Below are positions 1 to 12,819 of a DNA stretch of 64,000 bases, piece after piece. Below the pieces are notes generated by a model. The model saw only the letters and a program-made list of their open reading frames with translations. It searched no databases and had not been told where the DNA came from. A program made the position numbers and the translations under genes. Each line of letters starts with the position of its first letter. The first letter of the stretch is position 1. Origin of the DNA: Haplodiscus bocki (lineage: Eukaryota); the NCBI GenBank assembly GCA_965655095.1, contig OZ296659.1:9486001-9550000 (forward strand). The letters run 5' to 3'.

Positions 1-275
1 AAAAGCCCTGTGAAAGAGCGAACGGAAAAGGCCCCTGCGAAAGAGCGCACGGAAAAAGCTTCCGCGAAAGAGCGCACGGAAAAAGCTTCCGCGAAAGAGC
101 GCACGGAAAAGCTTCCGCGAAAGAGCGCACGGAATAAGCTTCCGCGAAAGAGCGCACGGAAGAGGCCCCTGCAAAAGAGGGCACGGAAAAGCCCCTGCGA
201 AAGAGGGCACGGAAGTGTGCGCCCGCGAAAGAGTGCACGGAAAACCCGGTGGAGGAGCGCAAAGAAGAAGCCTCT
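1..275. repeat. GC-rich minisatellite, ~10 units of 26-28 bp (consensus ~AAAAGCYYCYGCGAAAGAGCGCACGG), truncated by the window start
   Basis: Direct tandem units are visible. Unit length varies between 26, 27 and 28 bp, so the KERTEKA-repeat ORF changes frame. Confidence 0.9.
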
Positions 276-829
276 GTAGAATGGAGTTCGGAAAAATGTA
301 TTCAAAATAGTTCCAGCATCACACAAAGATAGTCAGATCCGGTATAAAAGTCCCGAGGCTGACAATACTAGGTGTTGTGCGGTGCGGACTTACCACAAGT
401 AGGAACTTTCGCGGCAGACATGTGTTTTTTTTGGAAAAGCTCAACGGATCGTCGCTGAAAAGAAACGTTATTAAGATGTGACTTCGTGATGATTTTTTCT
501 TCGCCATATCGTTGGTTTTTGTTTATCGTAGGAATTTCAGAACAATGACTTATCAAACTGTTGTACGAAACTGGATTACGTATACTAACGGTGAACCAAT
601 TTCCAATTTTGCATTAAAAATGGCAAAGTAATTTTTTTAACAGTAATCAATTGCTTAGTAGTCGGTGCGTGTAAAGAAACCCCCGACAATTGGTATCACT
701 TTTTTTACCAGCCAGTATCGACAGATGCTATTGGTTGCTTTGTGAGTAGCCATTATGCAACTCCATATATACATGTGCTATTCCTGATACATGTGCTATT
801 ACCTGTACACCTGGTACATATATATTCCT

Positions 830-3330
830 GATACAATTTAGACAGAAAAAGGATGTCGTTTAATTGAAGGAAGAGAGGAAGGTGGAGGATAGTTTGGAGG
901 AACAACTGATCGTTGTACGGTAGATCTTTGCCTGGAGTGCCACAAACCCATTTCAATGATTACCTTCGGAAAGCTTCCAGATCTCGGATGCTCCCTCTTG
1001 TCAGGCGTGCACAAGTAAGGCCTCAACTGACAATTGGCAGGATTATGGACTTGTACAAACCCAATCTGACGACTGATTTCACACGATACGCAACATTGCG
1101 TAGGAAGCAGTTATGAAATTCTTTCGCTTTAGAGAGGCGGTCTCTAATGTCGCTAGACCGGGATAGATTCCTACCCACGAGAACACCTAAGTCTCGTATC
1201 TCTGTGAGTTCTCAGCGGCTGATCGTTCAAGATCTTCCGTTCTAGTTTACCTTTCAAAATTAACTATGCGCATTTGTCAGACGCTAGGATCATTGTGTTG
1301 TTAGTGACCCATTTTTCGATATCTGATTTGTCAAATTGGAACGTTGAGGTTGATTTACTTTCCTGAAGAATTTTCAAGTCGTCGGCAAATATATATGGTT
1401 CACTGAATTTCATGGTTTCGGGTAAATCCTCAATAATCATAGAGAAAAGAAGCGGCCCCAGCATTGATCCTAGGGGTACACCACTCGACTCTGGCCACTC
1501 TTGTCAGAACTGGTTTTTCAACCAAACAAACTGCTTGTGTCCTTACAAGTTGTCGAATAAGACACGACCGACTCCAATTTTGCCAAATTTTTGTTGAAGT
1601 TGATGGGGTACACGGTCGAAAGCTTCTGAGAAGTCTACATAATTTGTTTCTACTAATTGATTTGAGTTGTTGTCTAGTGCTCTGTGGATATCCTGCAAAA
1701 ATTGTCGCAAGTTACTGAGTACAGATCATTTCCCAACGAAACCGTGATTTTTTGTCATGTGGGTTGCAAAAAGTTGATACAGTGGTTCATAGACGCACTT
1801 TTCAGTTATTTTGTAATCAATATTCAGTAGTGATATCTCGCGATAGTTTGTCGCGTTTCTTCTATCCCCTTCTTTGTGTATAGGTGTGACAAGGTCTCTT
1901 TCCCATAATTGAGGAAGTTTTTTGTTCTCTTGATTGCCTTTAAAAGTACGTCAGAGTTGTCACAAGTGTTCTTTCGCTTATTGAAAAAGAAAACAGGCGG
2001 GATTCCATCTGGGTCTTTGCTCTTAGTGACGTCAAGATCCGTTCAAATTTCTCGAATTCTTGTTCTCGATATCTGGGTATGCTGAATTTGGTCAGCTGAG
2101 CGTGTTTGTTTGCATCCAATTCTTATGTTTGTTTTGAGGAGGAAACTCAATTGATTTTTTTTTGTTGAACAGGTTGGCTTTACCTATGGATGTGGACGCT
2201 TTTACGCTATCAAGAGTCTTAGTGAGCCGGAAATTCGAGCTTTTGTTGAGCTTCTTGCGGTGTTTGTGAGTGACGTCCGTGTGTCGCGAGCCGAACATTT
2301 TGTTCTGGTAATCATTTCTATCCTCTTCCCTAAGGTGTGTTACAGTGTTTTCAAGCTGCGTCACCTTCGAGTTCCTGTAGATTGTTTGCTCTGGAGTACT
2401 AGTCTTTTCGTTGGTAATTTTTCCGCATATGGGATATCGATGGTGTGATCCAAAGAGGAAGTGCTTGTCACTGTATTGCTCTGTGAACAACATATTTTTC
2501 AGTCAGTTTTTTGTGGTAAACCTCAAGCTTGTTATCCAATTTATTGGTGTTTTTGTCACCTACTGGTTTGAACGGTTCTTGTTCCATACTTTGCAACATT
2601 CCGTGGGTCACTCGAACCAAAACTTTTGTTCTTTTTCAGAATTTTGTGGGGATACGGTGTGCGGCAAGTCTATAGAAGTTACGAAGCAAAATTGATCAGA
2701 GCAATCAAAAATGGAGTCGAAATCATTATCGTCGCTACAATATGCTGTACAGTTGTGGTGGAGTGAGACATGGAGCCAATTTTTTGTTGTTGTTGGGAAT
2801 TTCACTGCTTGTTGGGAAAGCGGTTATCAAACAAGTTCAGGACTTGTTGTTCGTATTCGTCAGTGCTGTTCCAGTTTTCCCAACAAATAGATGAGAGGTT
2901 GAGGTCTGCACATAGCATGGCTATTCTATTCTGTGGTATCGTTTCCGGAACATTAACAATGCTTTGAACGTCATTCAAATGGGGGTTGTTCTCCGGTGGG
3001 TTGTAGTGAACACAAGTATAGTTGATAGATCCTTCGATGATCGCTTCATACGCTAGACTGCCATCTACTTCATTTTTGATCTTATGGGAGCTGATAATTT
3101 TGATTGCAATTGATGCTGCAACGTCCATATTTCTACCTTCCGATATCCGATGTTTCCTGTAAATGGCGTAGTCGTCCAAATGGAGCTCATTGTCGCTAAT
3201 GTTTTCGTTCAACCATGTTTCTGTGATGCACACTATGTTATAATTTCGAACCTTTATTAGATTTGGTAGTTTGAAACGACGTTCATAGTTCACGAGACTC
3301 CGTGCGTTCTTCTACAGGGTTTTTAGATAC
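830..3330 (-). pseudogene. LINE ORF2: apurinic endonuclease + reverse transcriptase, disrupted
   Basis: Track ORFs 2802..3293 (APE), 1264..1464 (GPLLF...FADDLK) and 753..956 (RT C-terminal segment) are pieces of one frame-broken ORF2. Confidence 0.9.
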
Positions 3331-3339
3331 CCTAGTCAG

Positions 3340-4367
3340 GTATAAGTCTTTTTGCCGTGGCTTCGCCCGAGGAGCTCTTATTCGAAGATGATGCCGTCGT
3401 TTTAGTGTCTTTGATTGATTTGGAAGCAATAGTTTTCTTCTGCTGTTTTCTTTTTACTCTTTTCTTTCTGATCGTTGTCTTCCTTCTATCTCCTTGAAAT
3501 CGACCAATACTTCGTCTTGCAGTAACTCAATTTCGTATTTCCAATTTTTCTCTGGTGGTCCTTCTTGCAACAGTTGTCTTCGCCTTCTCAAGTAAAGACT
3601 TTCGTTATGCTTCTTCTTTTCATTTTGCTTGCGACCCGCAGATGTTTTTTTGCACTAGCTCCGTTCTTTCTTGGACACTTTTGGCCAAGGCTAGACTGGC
3701 CTCGTGTTCGTTAGCAAGGGTTACCGTTAAAGTTCTTGTTTTCTTCCGTTCTCTCGGTAACTTTCCTAGTCGCCTCTACGACTTGTGTCGCTACGCCAAT
3801 AAAGGTTATTACTTCTTTTGCTTCCGCATTGGTTGAGACGCGTTTCTCATCTTTGGTGTTTGGCATATTCTGTGAGATCCCCTGTAGCCGTATAATTTTT
3901 TCGATGTTATGACTCACTTTGCTCGAATCGTTTTGCCTCCTTTGTGGAGGGCTCACAATGGCTTTTGAACTAGCAACAACATTTGCATAACTCGCTTCAA
4001 CTTTTTCACGTGTCTTCTTGAAATCTTCTTTGATCTTTTTGCCAACCGTTGGGGCTAGATTTGCTTCATTGTTCTGCAGTTTTTTTGCGAGATATCGAGT
4101 TTCCCAAATTTCACTTCGTTCTTTTCACGAGTTTGACTGCGAATATCGCTCGTTGTTACCAACGCAGGTGTTGCAGAATAGCATTGTGTTTTGTCCCAAC
4201 TCCTTGACTCTTGAATTTGCAGCTGAAGACAGGCCTGTGCGAGTAGTTATTTGATGTATGTGACATGTGCATGCCACACAAATCATCTTTCTTGACAGAT
4301 CCTTTGCTCGTTCTACAGGTCTAGTCGGATATTTTCGGGATGTTTCACTGCTGTCAAGGTACACGGA
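3340..4367 (-). pseudogene. LINE ORF1 with N-terminal PHD-like finger and basic/coiled-coil region, disrupted
   Basis: MICVAC-x4-H...LFCNTC (4125..4364) is the C-terminal half of a PHD-like finger. It lies directly upstream of ORF2 on the same strand. Confidence 0.7.
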
Positions 4368-4600
4368 GTTAACCAGTACTCAGAACCAATGAAAGGAGGG
4401 GAGAATGCAAGTTTCAGATCTCAAAATGCACGGAATAAACAGTACCAAGAGATTGGAGTGAGGACCGTAACTTAAATCTTGTCGACCTTCAGTTCAGTTC
4501 TCTCTTGCTGCTTTCTTGAAGGCTCAAGTTTCTTCGGTTGCTTGGGGTTCAATTTTTTTTTTCATTTTGCTTGGAGGACTCGAAGGTTGTTACTGACTTC

Positions 4601-5083
4601 TTATAATTTCCAAGATTTGGATCTCTCGGTGACTCTGGACGTGTAGCTCGCTGAACGCTTTTTCCAGACGGGATTTTCCTGCTTCGTCTTTGACAAGAAG
4701 TCAGTGATCACACTTAACAGGGGAGCTTGATCGTTCAAGTGCTTTTTCAGATAGCTGAAATAATTCGGACAATCATTGCGAACTGTTTGCACAACACCAA
4801 CAAGGTTCGAGGAGTTCTACAAGTTGATCCGCTTTGATTTCACATCTGGGGTACTTCGGATGAGGGGTCACAGTATTGTTTAGGACGTCGTGCCACAGGA
4901 TCACCGGGGTTTTTCCGAGGGATAAAGTGTAGTTGAGTTGAGTTGAGACTTTCTTCGAATACTGGGATTCAGGGTCGAGACTCAGCCCTGGAGTGGTTCT
5001 GATTTGATTCTTTTCTGAATGCCTTTCCACTTTTTATTGTATAGAGCTCTATGAAGGGAACTGGTTCCAATAATCGCAACCAT
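4601..5083 (-). pseudogene. SGNH/GDSL esterase-like ORF, frameshifted
   Basis: MVAIIGTSSLHRA (block I-like G-x-S), PGLSL (block II Gly), ILWHDVLNN (block III-like). Esterase domains are known in CR1-like ORF1s. Confidence 0.5.
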
Positions 5084-5334
5084 CAATCAGTATTTGGGGT
5101 CCACCACGACTGCCCGAATTTGCATTTTTAAACCGAAACTATTCAATAAGTTCCTTTTTAAACAAAATAGACCGTATTAAGCAAGGTCTAGAAACCTAAA
5201 GTTTAACTAATTAAGTATAATAATGATATCATTTGTAATTTGTGAAATAATTGCTTTTTTAATGAAAATCTTGTTTGCGTTTTATGATATGTGTCATGGC
5301 TGACGGAATTAAAGTTGTTTTTTGTTTGTTTCAG

Positions 5335-5538
5335 GCCAACAACAGTCAAGGAAAGTGGGAAGACAACCTGAAAATAGTTCACAAGTTTGCCACTGTTGAG
5401 GACTTCTGGTCTCTGTTCAATCACATCAAACCGGCGTCTCAGCTGGCCAAAGGCTGTGACTACTGTCTCTTCAAGGACGGCATCATTCCCAAATGGGAGG
5501 ACAAGAAAAACAAAGGCGGAGGCCGATGGGTGTTACAG
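5335..5538 (+). CDS. eIF4E: eIF4E (class I cap-binding translation initiation factor), internal exon A
   Basis: ANNSQGKWEDNL...FATVEDFWSLFNHI...GCDYCLFKDGIIPKWEDKKNKGGGRWVLQ. Acceptor tttcag ends at 5334, donor gt at 5539, phase 0/0. Confidence 0.97.
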
Positions 5539-7452
5539 GTCGGTTGGTTTTCTGTTGAAGAGAAAAAGCCTTGAAATAAGTCTTGGTGGCGTGGGTTATA
5601 ATTAAGAGGAGTTGAGAGGCGATTTGAAAAAGGAAAAATGAATGAAAAACAAAACTGTGCATATATATTCTTTCATCCTTTGACTTATTTGCGCTGAGCA
5701 ATAGGTTCTCTGGAATAAGTATTTAGGGTTATTGCTAAAATTTTCTTGTTTACACCATTTATCGGGACAAACTGCATGTTTTTTTTTCAATAACGACTAA
5801 ATCTGATTTTGAACAACCAAATCCGAAGAATTTTGAAGAATCATCAATTTCCGCTGTAGTTGACGAGGGAAGGTTGTGGTTTATCTGGATGAGCCTTCAA
5901 TGGTAATTTCTCTTTTATTTTTTCTAAATAGTCGATGTAGCCAAATAGGCAATACGGTGACCTAATCTATCAATACTTCCTCCACTTGCTGATGTTTCAT
6001 TTCTTTATCATAGTACTGTACAGTCCATATATAAAGCCTTTGGAAAGTTTATGAGAATCGGAGTTGTAGATTCCAAGATATCAGAGTTAAGTTTGACAAA
6101 GGTCTTTAAACTAAACAGAAGTTGCTCGATGTTTAATCTTTTTGCAAAAAGCAACATCGAAATTTTATTGAATCCCAACCAAAATTTAGTATGTGGTAGA
6201 TTGGTCTAGTTGTAACGTTTGCGCAAAAATCAGAAAAATTCTCAAATAGGTCAAGAGATATCGAGCTTTGAATAAAAAATTTTCGACTTGAAAATGCAGG
6301 TGCAAAATGTGCCCTGCACTGGGTTTTCCATTGTTGGCGTCTAAAGAGGCTTTTGTATAGCTCCAATCGGCTAAAACTAAAAATTTGCATGCATTAAACC
6401 AGCGCATGTCAATCATAATGTACGTAAAATATACGATCCATGAATTTTTGCATCATTTGAGTTCTATGGGCAAGTAAGCGTAAGACTACGAAAATTAGCT
6501 GGAAGAATAGAAAACATTTCAAAACTAGGCGGATATTGATGTGGGGCTCCTCTAGCTTCTACACTAATTTTTCAATGATTTTGCATCGCGATGCCATGCT
6601 GGAAAAGTTCCCTGGTTTAGTTGTGTGTTTACCTGATCTGTCAAACTCCATATGCCCCAGGTCAGATAATGAACTAAAGCTTTTGCAGAAAATTTTAAGG
6701 CAACTACTTTTTCGGAATCTAATTAATGAAAACTCAAAAGTGCTACAAAACTCAATTTAGAAAAATATGGGTTTCTAAGCGTTAAAATGTAGTTTGAATT
6801 TGAATTTCTCTTAATGAAATTGACCTTCCCATAGAGCTCAAAGAAATTGATTTTTCGTTTACTATGCATGTGACAGCGAAGAAGTATGTTTAGTGACCTG
6901 AAAGTTTTCATATACCACACTTTTTTTGTTGACTCACTGCTTTTGGAGATGTGACGTATTGTTTGCCGACTTAAATTTTGTTTTCATTACGGAATTACAC
7001 TTGCGCAAACAAGTATTATATCGCAGACTTGTTTTTTTTCCGATCCTTTTACAACTCGCATTTGTGCCTAGATTTTGTTCATGGGCTCTCGCATTCTTTC
7101 AAAAATGTGTTCACGTGGGCCATTTTGCAGCGTGCGAGTGTTTTAAATACAACACGAAATAATTGCTATAGCCGTTTGTGCTTGTTACACTTGTACAAAA
7201 GTTTATAAGAATTGACGGAATTAATTTATTTTTTGTTAATTTTTTTAATCAGTAGTTTCCGCAGTACCGTGGCGCCTTCAAAAATCAGCTATACTTAATC
7301 GATTTGTTCACTAGTATTCCGTTGGCGCAAGTGTTGCGATGCGCAGTTCGCCTCTGTGTAAACATTTGAGACAAACCTGAGACGAATGCTTCTGGCTCCA
7401 TTATAAAAAAATTGAGTGAATGTAACATTTTTTATTTGACCTTTGGTTTCAG

Positions 7453-7643
7453 ATTCCGAAAACTGCCAAAGACGAAGTTGACAAGTACTGGCTGGAGACG
7501 CTGTTGTGTTTAATTGGAGAGGCCTTTGAGGACAACGCTGGTGATCTAGTAAACGGCTGTGTAGTCAGTGTCAGGCTCAGGGGAGACAGAGTGTCCATTT
7601 GGGTCGGAGATAAAATTGACCAAGCATTAGTCCTCGGAATCGG
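7453..7643 (+). CDS. eIF4E: eIF4E exon B
   Basis: IPKTAKDEVDKYWLETLLCLIGEAFED...VNGCVVSVRLRGDRVSIWV...LGIG. Acceptor tttcag, donor gttag, phase 0/2. Not in the ORF track. Confidence 0.96.
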
Positions 7644-8375
7644 GTTAGATGATTGTTTACTCTCATCCCATTGAACCTGACGTTATGTTCAAATGTCTGA
7701 ACGTCTAAATTCATATTGTTCTCCATGCAGATTGATAAACGGAGATTAAATATATTCAGGTATTTGGAATTAGATTTTTCACTAAAGACAGAGATGTGCT
7801 TTTTGATGGTATTTTTTTTATTCAAAGGAAATTAAGAAATTTAAAGGAATCCTTAAAGTTTTCATTTTCTCCAAAAGCATAAAATCGGCCAAAAATTCCA
7901 AAGTTGATCTGGTCAGATAACCATTAAATAAGCATTTGTCTGAATTTTTCCCGAAAACATAGATTTTTAATCAGCAGTGTCAACGCGACTTTTTCAGATC
8001 CGAGAGGTCTTGTTTGGCGTCTATTCGATATATGAAAAGGCCTAAAATCCGAAATATTGGCACTTTCAAAATTTTTGATCTAAACAAAATCATTTAAATG
8101 AAAATAGTTAATCGCGTCGAAAAAAAACTAAAATTAACTATAAAAGATATGCTATCCTTTAAATGTACATCACTGATTAGAGAATTGTTGAAGCTTTTCT
8201 CTGCGGGATCGAAACGGTTTTACATGGTTTTTTTGTATTGGACTAAGCTTAATGCAGCTTTAGATTCATATCTGCCCTCAAAATTTAAATTGTTGGGTCA
8301 ACAAAACGAGTGCCAGCATACGTACAGTTGTGTTAGAAAACAAAGATTTTGTAGTTTTGTATCATTTTGTTTCAG

Positions 8376-8430
8376 CCACAAAATTAAAGACAGATTAAAG
8401 TTGCGACAAAGCACGTCAATAACTTTCCAG
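8376..8430 (+). CDS. eIF4E: eIF4E exon C
   Basis: (G)HKIKDRLKLRQSTSITFQ. Acceptor tttcag, donor gttagt. Phase 2/0 fits both neighbouring exons. Confidence 0.92.
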
Positions 8431-8639
8431 GTTAGTGAATTTACTTCATTTTATCTCAAACTTAACAATATATTTCGTTTTGGTTGTAAGTGTCGACGTT
8501 CTACAAGCCGGTCAAAGCTTCCGTATATTCATTCTTTGGTGATTAGTTCGGTGTCGTATCCCCTTAAGTGATTGTCTTTGAGTTTATACGATGGAGCCGA
8601 GAATGCAATTAACGTAAGTTTCTGTCCCCTTTGATACCA

Positions 8640-10700
8640 TAGCTATTTGCATTTTGATAAACTAGCGAACGGCATCTGCACTAGTGTAGATACAATAAAC
8701 TTAAGCATTGACAAGGAATTTCGGGCATTCGAATACTAAGTTGAGTCGCTGAAAATGCGAAGTTGGCACAAAGTTCTCAATTTAGTAAAAAAAGAGCTTT
8801 CAAGACTCGGTGGAAAAACTTCCACAGTCAAAGCAGAAGAAGGAACATGCACAAAAGAAATCAAATGTCGATGATCATAATCAAAATTAGCTTTTTCCAA
8901 TCTTTTGAATAGCATCCTGACAAAAAGTTGGCATTCGTTAGAAGATTTAGAGTTTGGTATTGTACATCTAAGCACAACTCAGACAGTCAGCAAAATTGGA
9001 AGTGGACACCCGAGCCGTAATTCCAAACAACCCTCTCATGAGGCAGAAAGCCGACAGCACTCAGTCTAACACATCAAAACGGGCGCCCCGTGGGAACAAC
9101 ACGAAAAAATCCAACTTGACCATTGGCAGCAGGCTAGGGCATGAAGTTTTTAATGAGTTGAGCGAAACAACTCCTATAAAACATATCTGTCTGCCGACTA
9201 TCTGAAAGCACCATTGGGGAAGATCTTATGCAGCAGTGCTCAAACATTAACGCACCCGTTTCTTTGATCGGAGTTTCTTGTTAAAATCGACCCTACGAGA
9301 GTTACCAAATGGTTCGAATGAAAATACGAAAATTATTAACGAAGAATTTGGGCAGAACACGTTGTCAACGGCAGATACTTCCTAAATAAAGAAGCTAAAT
9401 AGTGGCTTAAGGACAGCAGAGCTTCGCGGGTGGGTAAAAATTGTTGTCGACTGGAATGCTAGTAATTGCACTACTGAATGAATGACAGGTCTTGTAAAAA
9501 ATAAAACACGTGAAATCGGTTCCCTTATATTGTCTCACGATATGATGTTACCGAGACATGGCTGACCGTAGAAATTTACACCAGAGTTCTCAATGTTCTT
9601 CTGTGGCTGCTGATCTTGATCATATACATGCCATGAGAACTCTCGCTCGAAGTGGAGGGTTGACCGCACTCTTTGAACATTGCCAAACAACATTTTCTAT
9701 TTCCTGACGCTGAAGCCGTTTTACTGAAATTTATATCTGCGGGAGAGTTCATGTGGCTAATCTATGGACCACCAGAGAACAACATTGAAGAATTCTTGTA
9801 ATTTCTCCAAGAAAACGTACTGCCGCTCTCTCGAACGCATTGTGATTACTCGGGCAATTTTAGCTTCCCAGTGAACACACAGGACACAGGAGTCTTTGGC
9901 TACCAATTTGAATGGTCCAGGCGAAAAGAATGTATTCTAGGACATTCTATTGTGTTGGATGTTTTCTCCAGAAGCCGTGACACGTTGCCGGAGCTACAGT
10001 TGCCACTCTGCTCTGATGAGGTAATCAATCTTCTCTGGAAGTATATGTGACGAGAAGGTCCTAATACTGGCGGGCACAGGCAATCTATTTGAAAGAAAGG
10101 GTGATAAGTTAATGGGCCCCATTGAAACGGCGGTGATAGAAACGGTGATAAACCCATGGGCCCAATTGAAACGACGAACGAAATTACCTTTCCGGTGACT
10201 AAGAGCATGATTTTCTGGTAAGGCCTGGAGGTAACAAAATAACAAGCGGACCAACAGAATACCGCTACATGTTGAAGACGGTGGCCGGTGTCCCTTGCTT
10301 CAGGCTCAAGAGTTTCAGCTATCAGGAGCAGCTGTTTGTCGACGGACCTCATGCCAAAGCCAAGGACCTTACAGGTCGTGCAAACGATCTTAAAACAGCT
10401 CTTGCGTTTTTTGATTCCTGGCATAGTCAACCCTTTCTTGGTTGGTACGACCAAGCACACGCAAACAAACTTTTATTCTTTTATGGTCCAAATCACGCCC
10501 GTTATGCGTTGGAACCGATCAATCTGCAGTCTCACCCTTTATTTCTAATCAAACCCATTCTGCTTTTAGCAAGACTTAACACGTGACCCCGATAACTTCC
10601 GCGAGACCCGTTCTTTCAGTCGACCTCATTTTGGGGTTGGAGGGACGCACCTCTGAAGCCCAGTAGATGTACTTAAACAATCGATAAAGCTTATAATGAA
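8640..10700 (+). mobile_element. Highly degraded, internally deleted LINE relic in the last eIF4E intron
   Basis: APE-like VTETWL (~9547), IYGPP (~9760) and LGNFSFP (~9850). Faint RT-like GVP, KDL and PLFL segments at 10280-10560. Confidence 0.55.
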
Positions 10701-12189
10701 TTTCACGAAGGAATTTGTTGATTTTCTTGAAGCAACAGGTACGGAGAATGCTAGTTTCCCGGTTCAGTACTGGGGTCCATCTCTTCTTGAAATAAGTGTC
10801 ATATATCTTTTTTTTCTGTCACGCAAAGCGAGGTTTGGCTATCAATCTGTTGCTTCCTCGAAGTCATCTACACCTTCCTTTCAAGATTCATCCATTTTTT
10901 TATCAAAAGGATTTTCATTGTTGACTACTGGCTCATTACTGCTGTGATGTTGCATTAATTAATCATGAAAAGAATATTTTGTCATGAACTATCGATAATC
11001 GATATTAAACCTAGTTATTTTCAAAAACTGGTTAAAGTTGCTCAAAGGTGTTATCTGTTGTCTGCGTCTGCTGAAGCAATGCTGAAGCTTGATTCGTTCC
11101 TGGAAAAATTGTTGATTTATCAAATTTAACTTGTATTTTTTTTTTCGAACGTTGCGAAGCGACTGATTGTTGACTTTTTTCCCTGGTCAATATCAAACCT
11201 ATCTCATGTACATGTAACATTTTATCCCGCTGTACAGCTCTTGGCATTCACACGCAGTACTTTCTGAGTCACTCGAATAACAAGTCGGGAACGTTCCAAG
11301 TCGGAGCCACCCGTAATGCCCAAAATGTAAATGAGGTCCATTGTTTTCTGAAAAATAGTGGGCTTTCGAGCTAGAATTTTGGAATAATCATTTTTCGAAC
11401 GAAATTATATTGCAATTTTTGTGAAAATTTTGCCAAACAAAAACTTGAAAAATTAGTACAGCTGTTCGTTGGTACATGCTTGTGCAGAATTCTTCTACTT
11501 ATAAACGTTCTATTGGCGTTTTGGCTGTAATGTTTATCCTGAAATTAGTGAGGATACCTTATAAAGCTTTGAATATTTCTTCCCCATTAAACATACCAAA
11601 CAAGGCAAAACTAAGCAATCGAAAAAAAATGTTTATGATGGTCAAACAATTATCAATTTCGTTCTACATGATCCTGGTTTAACGATAAACTTGTTCCGAG
11701 AATTCATGATGGTTAAAACTTTTATAACGACGTCGTCATAACATTTCACAATCTTTTTCTGGGTGTTGGTAAACCGCGCTACGAACTACACCACTGTTGA
11801 TATACATGATTTTTGGGTAATTGAGGGACAGATCTTGCTAAATCGGCTCGTTTTCCTGCTTTTAGGCGTAATAAAAAACGAGCATTTAGCTAGAGACAGC
11901 ATCTAGGTAAATATAAATGGACGCTAAGCCGTATGGCTAGATCTAGGTGAAATCTGGAGCAAACTCCATATGGAGCAAATTGTTGAATGTGAAAAATTTT
12001 GGTATAAACGCTTTCTCAAGGTTCTTTCCATTATCTCTCCTACTGGTGACATCAACGCTGCATATGTTTCGAAAAGATCTTGTAAATCAAATTTTGACCT
12101 TTCCTTTCAAATTATTTTTTGGGAAAAGCTGACGTAAAACACTGGAAGATAGAAATGATTGTACTTTGCCAAGTAGTGATAGTATTACT

Positions 12190-12420
12190 TATTTTTTTTT
12201 ATATTTATCCGTGCGACATTTTATAATTTTTTCCACAACGCAGCAAAGCTGCGTGGGAGTACAGGAAAGACCATACGGACAATCATATTAGCCATGGGAG
12301 CGCGCAAATAAAAAAAACGTTTTTTATTTCCCAATCAATATTTAAAAATCTGAAACCCCAGGAACTTTTGAATTCACGAAGGTTTTAGTTAGGCTTCGAA
12401 GTTAGTCTCGAAGACTTGTT
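12190..12420 (+). mobile_element. Possible short Helentron-associated/MITE-like element
   Basis: T-rich start, perfect hairpin ACGCAGC-AAA-GCTGCGT (~12238-12254), and terminal hairpin AGTCT-CGA-AGACT (~12405-12417) followed by TGTT. Confidence 0.3.
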
Positions 12421-12578
12421 CTAACTAATCGTTCGGCCATGGCTTTTAATGGTGGCACCTGTTGTAGTTAAATCTATTTCCAATTATGCAATTGTCTTGA
12501 TGGAAGGTCAATTTTATTCGATTCCATTTTCTTACGATTGTGATCGTGATATTGAAAACATTGTTTGTGGTGTTTCAG

Positions 12579-12638
12579 GCTCACGAAGATGCAATTTCCA
12601 GGGCTGGCAGTAATCCCAAGAATATGTACACCTTATAG
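12579..12638 (+). CDS. eIF4E: eIF4E terminal exon
   Basis: AHEDAISRAGSNPKNMYTL* after a tttcag acceptor. It matches the eIF4E C-terminus (H-x-D...GS..K) and keeps the Ser209-equivalent. Confidence 0.92.
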   Translation, partial: AHEDAISRAGSNPKNMYTL

Positions 12639-12819
12639 AAGGAACAAATGGCCCCATTATTACACAATGGAACTCAGACCTCCCTCCCCGACCCGACCCG
12701 ACCGAAGATTCAGTTCCCCGTCTTCTTTCTGCCTCCTATACCCCTCTCGTCTCCCAGACACACTCGACATCAACCACTTTCATTCACTCGTTCAGTCCGT
12801 AAAGAGTAGTTTAGACAAG

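Larger units (their letters stand above)
830..5100 (-). mobile_element. Decayed CR1/L2-clade LINE (PHD-like ORF1, APE-RT ORF2, adjacent SGNH-esterase-like ORF), probably inside eIF4E intron 1
   Basis: The minus strand shows APE motifs (NARSL, CITETWL, HYNPP, ADLN) and RT motifs (YREISLL, SGVPLGSMLGPLLF, YIFADDLK, RDLGV, LPLFLQLNDILFL). There are many stops and frameshifts. Confidence 0.9.

Noticed and set aside
10-279. 89-aa KERTEKA-repeat ORF as a protein, or the array as a CRISPR
   Set aside because: Unit lengths are not all multiples of 3, there are no unique spacers or cas genes, and the context is eukaryotic.
8098-8571. 157-aa ORF
   Set aside because: Only 55 nt of it (8376-8430) is a real eIF4E exon; the rest is intron read-through.
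9900-10460. 186-aa minus-strand ORF
   Set aside because: No recognisable domain, and it lies antisense to a decayed LINE in an intron.
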